A stretch of 45,236 nucleotides of DNA from an uncultured Candidatus Saccharibacteria bacterium (GTDB taxonomy: Bacteria > Patescibacteriota > Saccharimonadia > Saccharimonadales > Saccharimonadaceae): positions 1-45,236 of the forward strand of contig CAUSPJ010000001.1 of the NCBI GenBank assembly GCA_963533595.1. The letters are read 5' to 3'. A program made the position numbers and the translations under genes. The notes under the pieces were generated by a model. It saw nothing but the letters and a program-made list of their open reading frames with translations. It made no database searches and was not told the DNA's origin. Positions 28,692-38,380 of this stretch are shown here, one piece after another; within the stretch, counting starts at the first letter, position 1; each line of letters opens with the position of its first letter.

Positions 28692-29711
28692 ATGTCTCAC
28701 TTTCTACGCCTGCAGAACTTTCGTTGCCACCAAGACTATCAAGTCGAGCTGCCGGGTGAATTAACGATCATCACCGGACCGAACGGTAGTGGTAAAACTT
28801 CTCTCATTGAGGCGATATATCTGGCTTATCAAGGGAAGAGCTGGCGGTCAAACTTCGATCAGATTCGTCGTCAGACCGGTCATCAGCTATCCGACTGGTG
28901 GCGAGTTGATTTAATCGATCAAGCTAAAGAGACTACCAGAACGATCAAATATCAGTCAGGTCAGAAGTCTTTTACGATTAATGATCGAACGTACTGTAGG
29001 TTGCCGCTAGCGATGAAAGTACCGGTGATACTATTTGAGCCGGGTGACATGCAGCTACTCTACGGCTCTCCTACCAGGCGTCGTCAATTTATTGATCGTT
29101 TTATTGCTCAGCTTGAGCCTGTTCATCAGCGAGAGCTTAATAAGTTTAACCGAGTGCTGAAGCAACGAAATATTCTACTGAAACAAGACGACTATTCTGC
29201 CGAGGAGCTGATGATCTGGGATATTCAATTCAGCGATCTTAGTAGCACTATCTCTCAGCGACGTCGTCAATATTTACAAGTCATCAGTGAGATGCTGTCA
29301 GCGGAATATCAGCAAATCGCCGGGTCGAATCAGATGGTTCAGCTGAGATTTAGCCCGGGAGCGCCAATGACTAGTCAGGCGATTATGCACCGGTTGACCG
29401 GTTCTCATGATCGTTTGACTACTATCGGTGCTCAGAAAGACGACTATAAGTTTATTTTTGGTGGTAGTGAGGCAAAATCGGTAGCGAGTCGAGGTGAGAA
29501 TCGGACGATTATTTTTGCTCTGCTTAGCATTATTACTAAGCTGGCTCGTCAGCAGTATGGTGATCAGGTGGTGGTCCTACTTGATGACATCGATAGTGAG
29601 CTCGACTATAGTCACCGGATCAATCTCTATGATTTACCTAGTTTCCAGAGTCATACCATAGCTACGACTCTTGATTACCGGGGTGATCACTACTCTATCC
29701 GACTAGGTTAG
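28692..29711 (+). CDS. recF: DNA replication/repair protein RecF (divergent)
   Basis: LQNFR, GPNGSGKTSLIEAI, GSPTRRRQFID, LKQRN, LLDDIDSELD; directly follows dnaN. Confidence 0.88.
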   Translation: MSHFLRLQNFRCHQDYQVELPGELTIITGPNGSGKTSLIEAIYLAYQGKSWRSNFDQIRRQTGHQLSDWWRVDLIDQAKETTRTIKYQSGQKSFTINDRTYCRLPLAMKVPVILFEPGDMQLLYGSPTRRRQFIDRFIAQLEPVHQRELNKFNRVLKQRNILLKQDDYSAEELMIWDIQFSDLSSTISQRRRQYLQVISEMLSAEYQQIAGSNQMVQLRFSPGAPMTSQAIMHRLTGSHDRLTTIGAQKDDYKFIFGGSEAKSVASRGENRTIIFALLSIITKLARQQYGDQVVVLLDDIDSELDYSHRINLYDLPSFQSHTIATTLDYRGDHYSIRLG

Positions 29712-30893
29712 TTGATTAAGGGCAGATATGATGTCTTGTTTAGATGCCTTATAGGCTGGGTAAACGCCGGCGATTAGACCGGTCACTGTTGGTACGACTA
29801 GTCCGAGTATGATGGCTAGCGGGCTAAAGCTGATCATCATCGAGTGAGTGAGCAGGTAGATAGAAGCGACGATATAGGCTAGCAGCAGTCCGACTAGCCC
29901 ACCTCTCAGAGAGATGATCAGAGCTTCAGCTAAGAATTGACTGACGATATCTTTGGTATTAGCCCCGACGGCTTTACGGATGCCGATTTCTCGTTGACGT
30001 TCGATTACCCCGACCAGCATGATATTAGCTAGGCTAATGCTACTGATCAGGAGGATCAGACCGGTAATACCGAGTGACGACATAACCAGTATTCGAACCA
30101 GATCATTCATCTTAGCTGAGATATCTTCACCGCTAGTAATTGAATAGTCGCTGCTGTCAGCATGCTGGCGAGTTAAGATTTGGCTCAGCTGGGTCTTAGT
30201 CTGATTTATTTTGCTAATCTTAGTGATGATGATCTGACTGACATTATCGCTTCGAATCAGGCGCTGACCATTGTCTAGGGAAATGTAGGCAGAATGATCG
30301 GTATTGTAGCCCCGGATAGACAAGGTTTGGTTAGTCCGGCGGATTATCCCGATGACCGTGAAGCGTTGTCCTTTAATGGTAATGACTTGGCTACGAGCTT
30401 GATTAGTGCCGAGCAACTGATTTGCTAAGCCTTCGCCCAGGATAACCAGGTTCTTATCTTTCTCGTCTTCAAACCAACTACCATTGAGCATATGAAGTTC
30501 TAGGTTAGCCGGATTAGTTACCGAAGTAGCAATGATTCGGCTAGTGACTTTCGTCTTACCGAATTGGATACCACCGGAAGTAATCAGTGTGCTATGAACG
30601 GCAGAGTCTTTAGGTAAAATCTTACTAATTTGCTTGATATCGGTATTACGCAAGGTGTCTCTAGGGGTGCTAAAAGGTAGATTAATCAGTCCGCTATCCC
30701 TAGCTCCGCTGATGATAATTGATCTCTTGTCTATCTGCTCCAGCTGATGGTAAAAGCTAAGCTTGACACTATCGCTGATGATAATGACTAGCGAAATGAT
30801 GAAGACACTGATGATGATGCCGATCATCGATAGTCTCACTCGTAAACGGTGGTGACGTAGGCTATCTTTAGCTAGGTGAAGAGCTAAGTTCAT
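29703..30893 (-). CDS. ABC transporter permease, MacB/FtsX-like
   Basis: LSMIGIIIS, large extracytoplasmic domain, NIMLVGVIERQREIGIRKAVGA, GVYPAYKAS. Confidence 0.88.
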   Translation of the reverse strand: MNLALHLAKDSLRHHRLRVRLSMIGIIISVFIISLVIIISDSVKLSFYHQLEQIDKRSIIISGARDSGLINLPFSTPRDTLRNTDIKQISKILPKDSAVHSTLITSGGIQFGKTKVTSRIIATSVTNPANLELHMLNGSWFEDEKDKNLVILGEGLANQLLGTNQARSQVITIKGQRFTVIGIIRRTNQTLSIRGYNTDHSAYISLDNGQRLIRSDNVSQIIITKISKINQTKTQLSQILTRQHADSSDYSITSGEDISAKMNDLVRILVMSSLGITGLILLISSISLANIMLVGVIERQREIGIRKAVGANTKDIVSQFLAEALIISLRGGLVGLLLAYIVASIYLLTHSMMISFSPLAIILGLVVPTVTGLIAGVYPAYKASKQDIISALNQLT

Positions 30894-31762
30894 TTATGTC
30901 GCCTCACTCTGGTTAGACGTTTCTGTCGCTTTAGCGAATTAGTTGCTTTCTTTTGCCGGTTGGAGATAGTCCGTTTGGTTACCTTAAAGGCTTTAGTCTC
31001 AGTCAGCTCTTCATCTCGCTCGATCTGGCCGTCTCTCATGTAGATCACCCTGGAAGCAAACTTCAGCAGTTCGGGATTATGGGTCACCATCAGGATGGTG
31101 TTACCTTTCTTGTGGAGTTCGGTCAGTAAGTCCATGATGACCCGGCTATTATTACTATCCAGATTACCTGTCGGTTCGTCGGCTAAGATAATTGAGGGGC
31201 GACTAATTAAGGCCCTGGCGATGGCTACCCGTTGCATCTGACCACCGGAAAGTTGGTTGGGCTTGAAATATTCCCGATTCTTCAGCCCGATAGCATCCAG
31301 TAGCTGGCTGGCCTTCTCTAAGTTTTTGTAGTTCCAGCCGTGCCGGTAAGTTAGTGGCAAGACGACGTTATCTAGCACAGTCATATTAGTCACTAGATTA
31401 AAGTTCTGAAAGATAAAACCGATCTCTCGATTACGAATTCTGGCCTTACGACTGCTGCTAAACTTACCGACATCTCTACCGTTAAATAGATAGCGACCAA
31501 TGGTGGGCTGATCAAGCAGCCCCAGGATATTCAGTAGAGTTGTCTTACCGCAACCGCTCGGACCCATGATGGCGACGAATTCACCTCGCTGGATCTCCAG
31601 ATTGATACTGACGATAGCGTCAGTGGCTGAGTCATCGAAGCCGAATGTCTTGGTGGCTCGCCGTAATGAGATAACCGGCGTCTGGCTATCACCGGCTGAG
31701 ACACGAGCAAAAAACACCCGCTCGGGGTGGCTGTCATTACTCACTTCATGTCTCATTACCAC
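30890..31762 (-). CDS. ABC transporter ATP-binding protein, MacB/LolD-like
   Basis: GPSGCGKTT, GFIFQNFNL, LSGGQMQRVAIARAL, ADEPTGNLD. Confidence 0.93.
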   Translation of the reverse strand: MVMRHEVSNDSHPERVFFARVSAGDSQTPVISLRRATKTFGFDDSATDAIVSINLEIQRGEFVAIMGPSGCGKTTLLNILGLLDQPTIGRYLFNGRDVGKFSSSRKARIRNREIGFIFQNFNLVTNMTVLDNVVLPLTYRHGWNYKNLEKASQLLDAIGLKNREYFKPNQLSGGQMQRVAIARALISRPSIILADEPTGNLDSNNSRVIMDLLTELHKKGNTILMVTHNPELLKFASRVIYMRDGQIERDEELTETKAFKVTKRTISNRQKKATNSLKRQKRLTRVRRHK

Positions 31763-31856
31763 TATCTAACATAATACATGTCAAATCGCCTGATAGCAAA
31801 TCCTGACCCCTTAAAAATGCTTATGTTTGATATATCGCTGTGCTATAATAATGCTC

Positions 31857-33044
31857 ATGGCAGAACATAAAGTTCCGCAGGACGTTGAGGCCGAGGATAA
31901 GCTGATCGGTCCATTTAGCTTTCGTCAATTTATGTTCCTATTAGTCGCTCTGGGGGCCGGTTTTGTCGCTTTTTTCTTGGGTAGGATCTCGATTCCGTTA
32001 GCTCTGATACCGGCTCCGTTTAGTCTCTTTTTCCTGGTGATCGCTCTTCCCCTGCGTAAAGATCAGCCGACTGAGGTCTATGTGGCGGCATTAGTCCGCT
32101 ATGCTTTTGCTCCTCGGCTGAAGGTCTGGCAGGCAGATGGTGAGAAGTCAACTGTCGAGATCAGTGCGCCGATCGTTGATACCAGTCCGAAGACTAAGGA
32201 TCTGGCCGGTGAAGAAGTATCACAGCGGCTGTCCTTCCTGGCTAAACTATCCGATACACAGGGTTGGTCAACCAGGGGTATGGGTGTACCGGTCAATAAT
32301 ACTAACCTCAACGACGATATCGCCTCCAGTGTCAGTAATACCCCTGATATACTGGAGGAAGGTAATATGTCGGAATCGCTGGAGCGGAAGCTGGATCAAT
32401 CAGAGGTAGAGGCTCGTAATCGGGCGATCAATCGGATGAAACAAGTGGCGACAAATCAAGTGCTGGCTAAGCAAGCTGCCACTAAACTACAACAGACTGC
32501 TACCATACCGGTGATGCCGGCTCCCCCCGTTCGGCCGGCCACTCAGCAGCCGATTCCTCAGTTAATCAATCACCCCATCCGCCAGACCGCCCCACCTGCT
32601 CAGCCGGTCGCTAGTGCTGCCTATCAGCTACCTGCTAATCCGGTTACGGCGACACCGATTCCTAATACCGGTCAAGCTCAGTACCAAATACCGCAGCAGC
32701 CCATGATACCGGTTCAGCAACCGGTGTCAATGGCACCTCAGCAGCCTCAGCAACCTCAGCCGATCTCGCCTCCGGTGCAGCCACAGCCTCCACTATCTCA
32801 GCCGGCGCAGCCACCGGCAGACCCGGTCGCAACCGGTCCGCAGTTCCACCCGATCGTTCCTCGGGTGCGTCAAGTTCAGCCGAATAATCCGGCGCCGGAA
32901 GCAGCTGCGGTATCTAGCCCAATCCCGGCTAAGCCTGCTATAATGGATCAAAGGATATCACCATCGTCTCCATCGCTGGCAGCTAAGCCTAATCCGCCTG
33001 CCGAGAAACCGAAGCCGGGGACGATCGATATCAGATTACACTAG
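31857..33044 (+). CDS. PrgI-family (VirB3-like) T4SS membrane protein with long Pro/Gln-rich tail
   Basis: KVPQDVEAEDKLIGPFSFRQF plus 2 TM plus DQPTE; start at ATG 31857, 7 nt after TGCTATAAT. Confidence 0.8.
   Translation: MAEHKVPQDVEAEDKLIGPFSFRQFMFLLVALGAGFVAFFLGRISIPLALIPAPFSLFFLVIALPLRKDQPTEVYVAALVRYAFAPRLKVWQADGEKSTVEISAPIVDTSPKTKDLAGEEVSQRLSFLAKLSDTQGWSTRGMGVPVNNTNLNDDIASSVSNTPDILEEGNMSESLERKLDQSEVEARNRAINRMKQVATNQVLAKQAATKLQQTATIPVMPAPPVRPATQQPIPQLINHPIRQTAPPAQPVASAAYQLPANPVTATPIPNTGQAQYQIPQQPMIPVQQPVSMAPQQPQQPQPISPPVQPQPPLSQPAQPPADPVATGPQFHPIVPRVRQVQPNNPAPEAAAVSSPIPAKPAIMDQRISPSSPSLAAKPNPPAEKPKPGTIDIRLH
32936..32944 (+). promoter_or_regulatory. Putative internal extended -10 promoter for the VirB4 genes
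   Basis: Perfect TGCTATAAT inside the prgI tail, about 110 nt before the SD-led ATG at 33056. Confidence 0.45.
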
Positions 33045-33055
33045 AGTGGGAGTAT

Positions 33056-33889
33056 ATGCAGCCAAATACGAATCAACCGATGCCAAATCAGCCTCAGCCC
33101 AATGCTAGAGGTGGGGTTAGCATACCTCAGACGGTTAAGCCTAAGCATCCTAATTCCACCCAGAACGCCCGGAGCTTTAGCGCACTGAGGGACGACATGG
33201 TGATCATGAGCGATGGATCTTTTCGGGCGGTGGTAGCGGCTCATTCCATCAACTTTGACCTGGTTAGTGCTAAGGAACGTGAGAGTATCGAGTATGCCTA
33301 CCAAGACTTCATTAATGCTCTTAACTTCCCGATCCAGATCTATATTCGTTCGGAGCGAGTTGATATCGGTCCGTATCTAAATAAACTTTCCCAGGTGCGT
33401 CAACGCCAAGATAACATGCTTCTCGGCGTCTTGATGGATGATTACATCCGGTTTATTAATGCCATTTCTAAGGAAGCGAATATCATGGATAAGAGTTTCT
33501 TTGTGATTATCCCTTATGACACCAGCGAAGGTAAACAACGGATCGGTGACTCATCCAGTAACAAGGGGCTCATTGCTAAGATGTTTAGTAGTAATGATGC
33601 CCATATTTATGTCAAGATTCCAGCTGATCAATATGCTAAGGCGAAGAGTGAGCTTAATAACCGAGTGACGGCAGTGATCGGTGGGTTACGCCAGACTGGT
33701 GTTAAGTCGGTCCGATTAAATACTAAGGAATTGGGTGAGCTTTATTATAATGTTTACAACCCCGACACCGCTCTACGTCAGCCGATTGGTGATTTTCGAC
33801 AGTATCTGGGCGACGTAGTTCAGAAAGGTCAGGGCGAGGCTAAACTTAATCTAGTAGGTACGATGTACGATGAGCAGAGACCGGAATAA
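33056..33889 (+). CDS. VirB4 N-terminal-like / TraC-associated T4SS protein
   Basis: SINFDL...QDFINALNFPIQI...KSFFVIIPY...LNTKELGELYY; between prgI-like and virB4 genes. Confidence 0.65.
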   Translation: MQPNTNQPMPNQPQPNARGGVSIPQTVKPKHPNSTQNARSFSALRDDMVIMSDGSFRAVVAAHSINFDLVSAKERESIEYAYQDFINALNFPIQIYIRSERVDIGPYLNKLSQVRQRQDNMLLGVLMDDYIRFINAISKEANIMDKSFFVIIPYDTSEGKQRIGDSSSNKGLIAKMFSSNDAHIYVKIPADQYAKAKSELNNRVTAVIGGLRQTGVKSVRLNTKELGELYYNVYNPDTALRQPIGDFRQYLGDVVQKGQGEAKLNLVGTMYDEQRPE

Positions 33890-35714
33890 GAAGAAAGCTC
33901 AGCAGCAACAGGCTAGCCTGTTAGCTCAGCAGCAGGCTCGAGAGGCTTCCGAAGTAGAGAGTGTCCTGCAAAAAGGCATTACTACTCTACGTGACTTAGT
34001 GGCTCCGGCTAGCCTGGAGTTCAAGTCTAATTATTTCAACCTAGGTACCCGTTTCTGCCGGACTCTCTATGTCTACGGATATCCCCGGTCTATTTATACC
34101 GGCTGGCTGTCATCGATCATTAATCTCGATGAAGTCCTGGACATCTCGATGTTTATCTATCCGGTTGATTCCCGAGTGGTCATGGAGAATCTACAGCGTA
34201 AGGTGACTCAGCTTGAGGCATCGATGCAGATCAATGCCGAGAAAGGTATGGTGCGTGACCCGGCTATGCAGGCATCGTACCAAGATGCGGAAGAGTTGCG
34301 AGATAAACTTCAGGTAGGGTCAGAGAAGTTCTTCCGCTTCGGCTTGTACTTGACATTGTCATGTAAGAGCGAGAGTGAGCTTGCCTTCGTCACTCATAAG
34401 ATTGAGACCTTACTGGGTCAGCAGATGGTGCTGACTAAAGTGGCTAGTGCTCAGCAGGAGCAAGGTCTTAACTCAACTGTGCCGCAGTTTACTGATGACT
34501 TACAGATCCGTCACAACATGGATACCGGTGCTCTGTCGACTACTTTCCCCTTCACTTCGGCCGATTTGACTCAGGATAATGGTATCTTTTACGGAGTTAA
34601 TCTTCACAACAACGGTCTAATCATCTTTGATCGGTTCAGTCTAGAGAATTACAATATGGTCGTCTTTGCTAAATCCGGTTCAGGTAAGTCATTTACCGTT
34701 AAGCTGGAAGCACTACGGTCAATGATGATGGGGGTAGATATCATCATTATCGACCCGGAGAACGAGTATCAGAAGCTCTGTGAGGCAGTCGGCGGCTCAT
34801 ATATTCGCCTATCACTCAGTAGTGAGACCAGGGTCAACCCCTTTGACCTGCCTCGAGTGATTGATCAAGATGATGTTAATGCCGGTGATGAAGTCGATGC
34901 TCTCAGGGCTAACCTGATCACCCTGCATGGTTTACTGCGTCAGATGCTGGGCTCAAGCCAGGTAGCTTCAGATGGTACGGTAGTTAATATCTTAACTCCC
35001 AGGGAGGAGGCTGATCTTGACCAAGCCCTGATCGATACTTATGCTCGTGCCGGCATTACTTCCGACCCGCTAACTCAGAACTCCACCCCGCCTATCATGT
35101 CTGACTTGATGGACACTCTGCTCCATATGGGTGGTACCGGTCCGGAGCTGGCTCAACGTCTGCGTCAGTATACGACAGGGACATTTGCCGGTATCTTTTC
35201 ACAGCAGAGTAACGTGGCGATCAATAACCATATGGTAGTCTTTAATATCCGTGATCTCGAGGACGAGCTCAGGCCGGTGGCGATGTATATCGTACTGAAC
35301 CATATCTGGGGCAAGGTACGTTCTGACCAGCGTAAACGATTCCTGATCGTTGATGAGGCGTGGCAGCTGATGAAATACCCCGATAGTGCTAACTTCATGT
35401 TCTCGCTAGCTAAGCGAGCTCGTAAGTACAACCTCGGCTTAACTACAGTGACTCAGGATGTGGGTGACTTTATTACTTCACCGATGGGTCAGGCGATCGT
35501 CGCTAACTCATCAATCCAGATCTTACTGAAGCAATCACCGACAGCTATTGATGTCTTAGGACGAGTCTTTAAGCTAACGGAAGAGGAGTTAAAGCGGCTA
35601 TCGAACTTCTCGGTTGGGCAGGGTCTATTCTTTGCTGGGCAGAACCACGTGATGATTCAGATCTTACCTTCAGAGACGGAGACTAGGCTAATCTCGACCA
35701 CTCCCAATCAATAA
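33870..35714 (+). CDS. virB4: VirB4-family type IV secretion ATPase
   Basis: TTFPF, NYNMVVFAKSGSGKS (Walker A), IIIDPENEY, LIVDEAW (Walker B), ARKY...TQD. Confidence 0.88.
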   Translation: MSRDRNKKKAQQQQASLLAQQQAREASEVESVLQKGITTLRDLVAPASLEFKSNYFNLGTRFCRTLYVYGYPRSIYTGWLSSIINLDEVLDISMFIYPVDSRVVMENLQRKVTQLEASMQINAEKGMVRDPAMQASYQDAEELRDKLQVGSEKFFRFGLYLTLSCKSESELAFVTHKIETLLGQQMVLTKVASAQQEQGLNSTVPQFTDDLQIRHNMDTGALSTTFPFTSADLTQDNGIFYGVNLHNNGLIIFDRFSLENYNMVVFAKSGSGKSFTVKLEALRSMMMGVDIIIIDPENEYQKLCEAVGGSYIRLSLSSETRVNPFDLPRVIDQDDVNAGDEVDALRANLITLHGLLRQMLGSSQVASDGTVVNILTPREEADLDQALIDTYARAGITSDPLTQNSTPPIMSDLMDTLLHMGGTGPELAQRLRQYTTGTFAGIFSQQSNVAINNHMVVFNIRDLEDELRPVAMYIVLNHIWGKVRSDQRKRFLIVDEAWQLMKYPDSANFMFSLAKRARKYNLGLTTVTQDVGDFITSPMGQAIVANSSIQILLKQSPTAIDVLGRVFKLTEEELKRLSNFSVGQGLFFAGQNHVMIQILPSETETRLISTTPNQ

Positions 35715-35717
35715 GCT

Positions 35718-36647
35718 ATGGATGGTATCAAACGTATAGTTGTCGTCTTCTCTCATCATTCGACTAAGGCGAAACGCTATCAGCAGGTACGTGATCGGCT
35801 GATCGCTACCGGTCAAGAGCTTGATTGGGGGCTGCGGGAGGTCTGTCTGGATAATATCCCCTACCACCAAGTGATTGAGCGGTTATCTCCGGAGCTGCTA
35901 GACGGTGACCTGGTTATTGCGGCGGGAGGCGACGGCATCGCCCAGGTGACTTTTCAGGCGGTTTATCAGGCTAATCGAGCAATTGTTTACGGTACTATTC
36001 CACTAGGTAACGGTAATGACATCTCTCGGGCTCTCAATGGTCGTCACCGTTCGGCTCGGGCAATTCTTAATCAGTCGGTGGTTGATTACCATCCGCTGAA
36101 TATCGTAGTAGACGGTCAGCTTACCTTCTCACTAGCCTCTTACGTCACTTTCGGGGCGACGACCGTTCTGGTTGATTGTCTTAATCAGATCCCGATCAGA
36201 CGAGCTCGTCGGACACTTCGACGTTTATCACCGGCTGCTTCCCTGCCGCTTAATCAGTTAGGAAAAATCTCCCGTCAGATTGACCGGCTGGAGTTTCCCG
36301 ATTTTTACCGAGACGGGCGACTGATGCGGGATGATTCGATCGGCTTTTTCACCATTTCGGCTGCTCATAATGTTTTACGTCTGCCTAAAGACATCAGACT
36401 AGCTCGTTCGGAGTTCTTTTTCCATCACGCTATGACCAAGGGTAAGAACCTAGGGCAAAAGATCTTGATGGCCGGTCTCTGGACGGCTAAGTTACCGGGT
36501 GTCCTAACTGATCTGGAAGAGCTGAAGTTCACTAATAACCAAGTAGATATTATTGCTAATATCTCCGGTGACAACATCCACCTTGGTCCAGTCAAGGAGA
36601 TGGTGGCGATTCGCTCGTCTCGTCCGGTACGAGTCTTATTTAACTAG
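35718..36647 (+). CDS. Diacylglycerol kinase catalytic-domain family protein (divergent C-terminus)
   Basis: VIAAGGDG and IPLGNGND motifs. Confidence 0.7.
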   Translation: MDGIKRIVVVFSHHSTKAKRYQQVRDRLIATGQELDWGLREVCLDNIPYHQVIERLSPELLDGDLVIAAGGDGIAQVTFQAVYQANRAIVYGTIPLGNGNDISRALNGRHRSARAILNQSVVDYHPLNIVVDGQLTFSLASYVTFGATTVLVDCLNQIPIRRARRTLRRLSPAASLPLNQLGKISRQIDRLEFPDFYRDGRLMRDDSIGFFTISAAHNVLRLPKDIRLARSEFFFHHAMTKGKNLGQKILMAGLWTAKLPGVLTDLEELKFTNNQVDIIANISGDNIHLGPVKEMVAIRSSRPVRVLFN

Positions 36648-37688
36648 CTCCTGCTTAAACTTCTCTACCAGTGCGACCGGAGTCGGGTCAACACCATTAA
36701 GGAAAGCCAGGTAGATACTAACCATATCACCTAGGATGGCACCATTGATCACCTGCTCGATGTAGCTCTGACCTACTAGGGCAAGGTTGTGCGCCTGGGG
36801 ACGGAAGCCGGATAAGAGGCGGTCAGTTAGGTCAAGCCGACGGTTGATTCTGGGGTTATCGAGATTACTTCTCAGATTGATCACACAGAAGGGTTTATCG
36901 ATCGGGTGAGAAGTCCAACCGATGAACTCATTATGATTAAACTCAGGAAACTCATTACACCAGATGATATTCTTAGCGTTTTCGTTAAAGCTGGTCTTCC
37001 ACTTGTAAGCTAGAGGGCTAAATAGGTGGCTAGTATAGACCAAAGGAGTTTTGCCAGCGCAATCAAGAGCTAGCTTCTTAGCCGGGTTGTGCTCAGTAGC
37101 CACCTCGGGGGCTAATGACTGAGCGAACTGTCGGACACTCTCAGCTGAGCTCACTAGTTGGGCAACTGGATGATGGTCTATCACCTGATAAGCCCCTAAG
37201 ATGTCGGTGATGGCTAGTAAGTGCATCGGTACACCATAGCGAGGCTGACTGATCTTGTCTAGCTGGATATAGGGTAGATGCTGCGCTATAGCTAGCTCCA
37301 GTAGCTTACCACCGCTAGTGATAATGGTCGTCATCGCTCCTTTATTCTGGGCGTCGGTTAATGAACTGATCGTCTCTTCGGTATTGCCGCTGACACTAAC
37401 GCAGATAACCAAGGAGTGACTGTCAGTGTAAGCAGGCAGCTGATAGTCTCGACTTACCTCCAGCGGTACACTGAGCCGATAATCATGATCTAGCCAGGTC
37501 TGACAGATTAGCCCGGCTAAGCACGAGCCGCCCATGCCGCTGATGATGATATTCCTAACCTCGTCGTGTTCTCCTATCTCGTGGTGCAGCTCAGGCTGAA
37601 AACTGAGCTGATCGGCCGAATTACTGATGACGGTCAGGGCTTGCTCCGGGTCGGCTTGCTTGATCTGATCGATATTGTCTAGGTTCAT
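36636..37688 (-). CDS. Bifunctional phosphoglucose/phosphomannose isomerase (SIS)
   Basis: SGMGGS, SVSGNTEET, TSGGKL, QPR, NENAK, PEFNHNE, GVDPTPV. Confidence 0.9.
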   Translation of the reverse strand: MNLDNIDQIKQADPEQALTVISNSADQLSFQPELHHEIGEHDEVRNIIISGMGGSCLAGLICQTWLDHDYRLSVPLEVSRDYQLPAYTDSHSLVICVSVSGNTEETISSLTDAQNKGAMTTIITSGGKLLELAIAQHLPYIQLDKISQPRYGVPMHLLAITDILGAYQVIDHHPVAQLVSSAESVRQFAQSLAPEVATEHNPAKKLALDCAGKTPLVYTSHLFSPLAYKWKTSFNENAKNIIWCNEFPEFNHNEFIGWTSHPIDKPFCVINLRSNLDNPRINRRLDLTDRLLSGFRPQAHNLALVGQSYIEQVINGAILGDMVSIYLAFLNGVDPTPVALVEKFKQELVK

Positions 37689-37762
37689 ATATCTCTTTCC
37701 TTGTTTGTTATGACTCTTATGCTATAATTATACTACTTTTATAACTAAAAACAGGTGGGAGT

Positions 37763-38299
37763 ATGCAGAATCAATCGGGTGTTAATGATGAAGAGCTAAA
37801 TAAGATGATCGCCAGCTTGCGACAGGAGCAACAGACTAATGCGCCAGCCGGTCAGGTGGTGAACCAGCCACCAGCTCAACCGGCTAAGCCAGCTCCGGCC
37901 GCTCCGGCTAAACCGGCCGGCAAATCTGCCCCGGCTCAACCCGCTGACCCTATCTTGACTGATGTCTTAGCTCAGCCCGCTAAGCCGGCTAAGGCGAAGT
38001 CTGAGCCTGTTACCCCACCGAACGTTAATCCACTAGGTCATAATGTCGATAGTGGAGCGCTTGGTGATATTCGTCTGCAAGTTATCTCAGAGTTGCGACC
38101 GCTGGTAAACAGGCTGGATTTCTTGGCGCCGGCTGATAAGTTTGATACTCTTCTGCTGCTGATTCGGACGATCGATGATAGCTCGCTCATCCCGATGGCG
38201 CATCAGGCTGCTATGGCGATCCCTGATGAAGTGAAGAGAGCCCAGGCACTCCTGGATATCTTAAAAGAGATCGATTTCTTCACTCAGAAGAAAGGTTAG
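37763..38299 (+). CDS. Hypothetical protein with Pro/Ala-rich linker and C-terminal helical domain
   Basis: Upstream TGCTATAAT at 37720-37728 and GGTGGGAG SD; PAKPA-like repeats; ends at hairpin. Confidence 0.75.
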   Translation: MQNQSGVNDEELNKMIASLRQEQQTNAPAGQVVNQPPAQPAKPAPAAPAKPAGKSAPAQPADPILTDVLAQPAKPAKAKSEPVTPPNVNPLGHNVDSGALGDIRLQVISELRPLVNRLDFLAPADKFDTLLLLIRTIDDSSLIPMAHQAAMAIPDEVKRAQALLDILKEIDFFTQKKG

Positions 38300-38323
38300 T
38301 TCTACCCACCGAGAAGCTTATTA

Positions 38324-38352
38324 ATATAGCCCGAGTGTGACTCGGGCTATAT
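38324..38352. terminator. Hairpin between convergent genes, probable bidirectional terminator
   Basis: Perfect 13-bp stem ATATAGCCCGAGT-GTG-ACTCGGGCTATAT. Confidence 0.75.
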
Positions 38353-38380
38353 AGCTTAGAGAACGTACCGGCTAGTTAAT

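Noticed and set aside
31857..35714. Integrative conjugative element
   Set aside because: No integrase, relaxase, att repeats or compositional break seen; embedded among core genes
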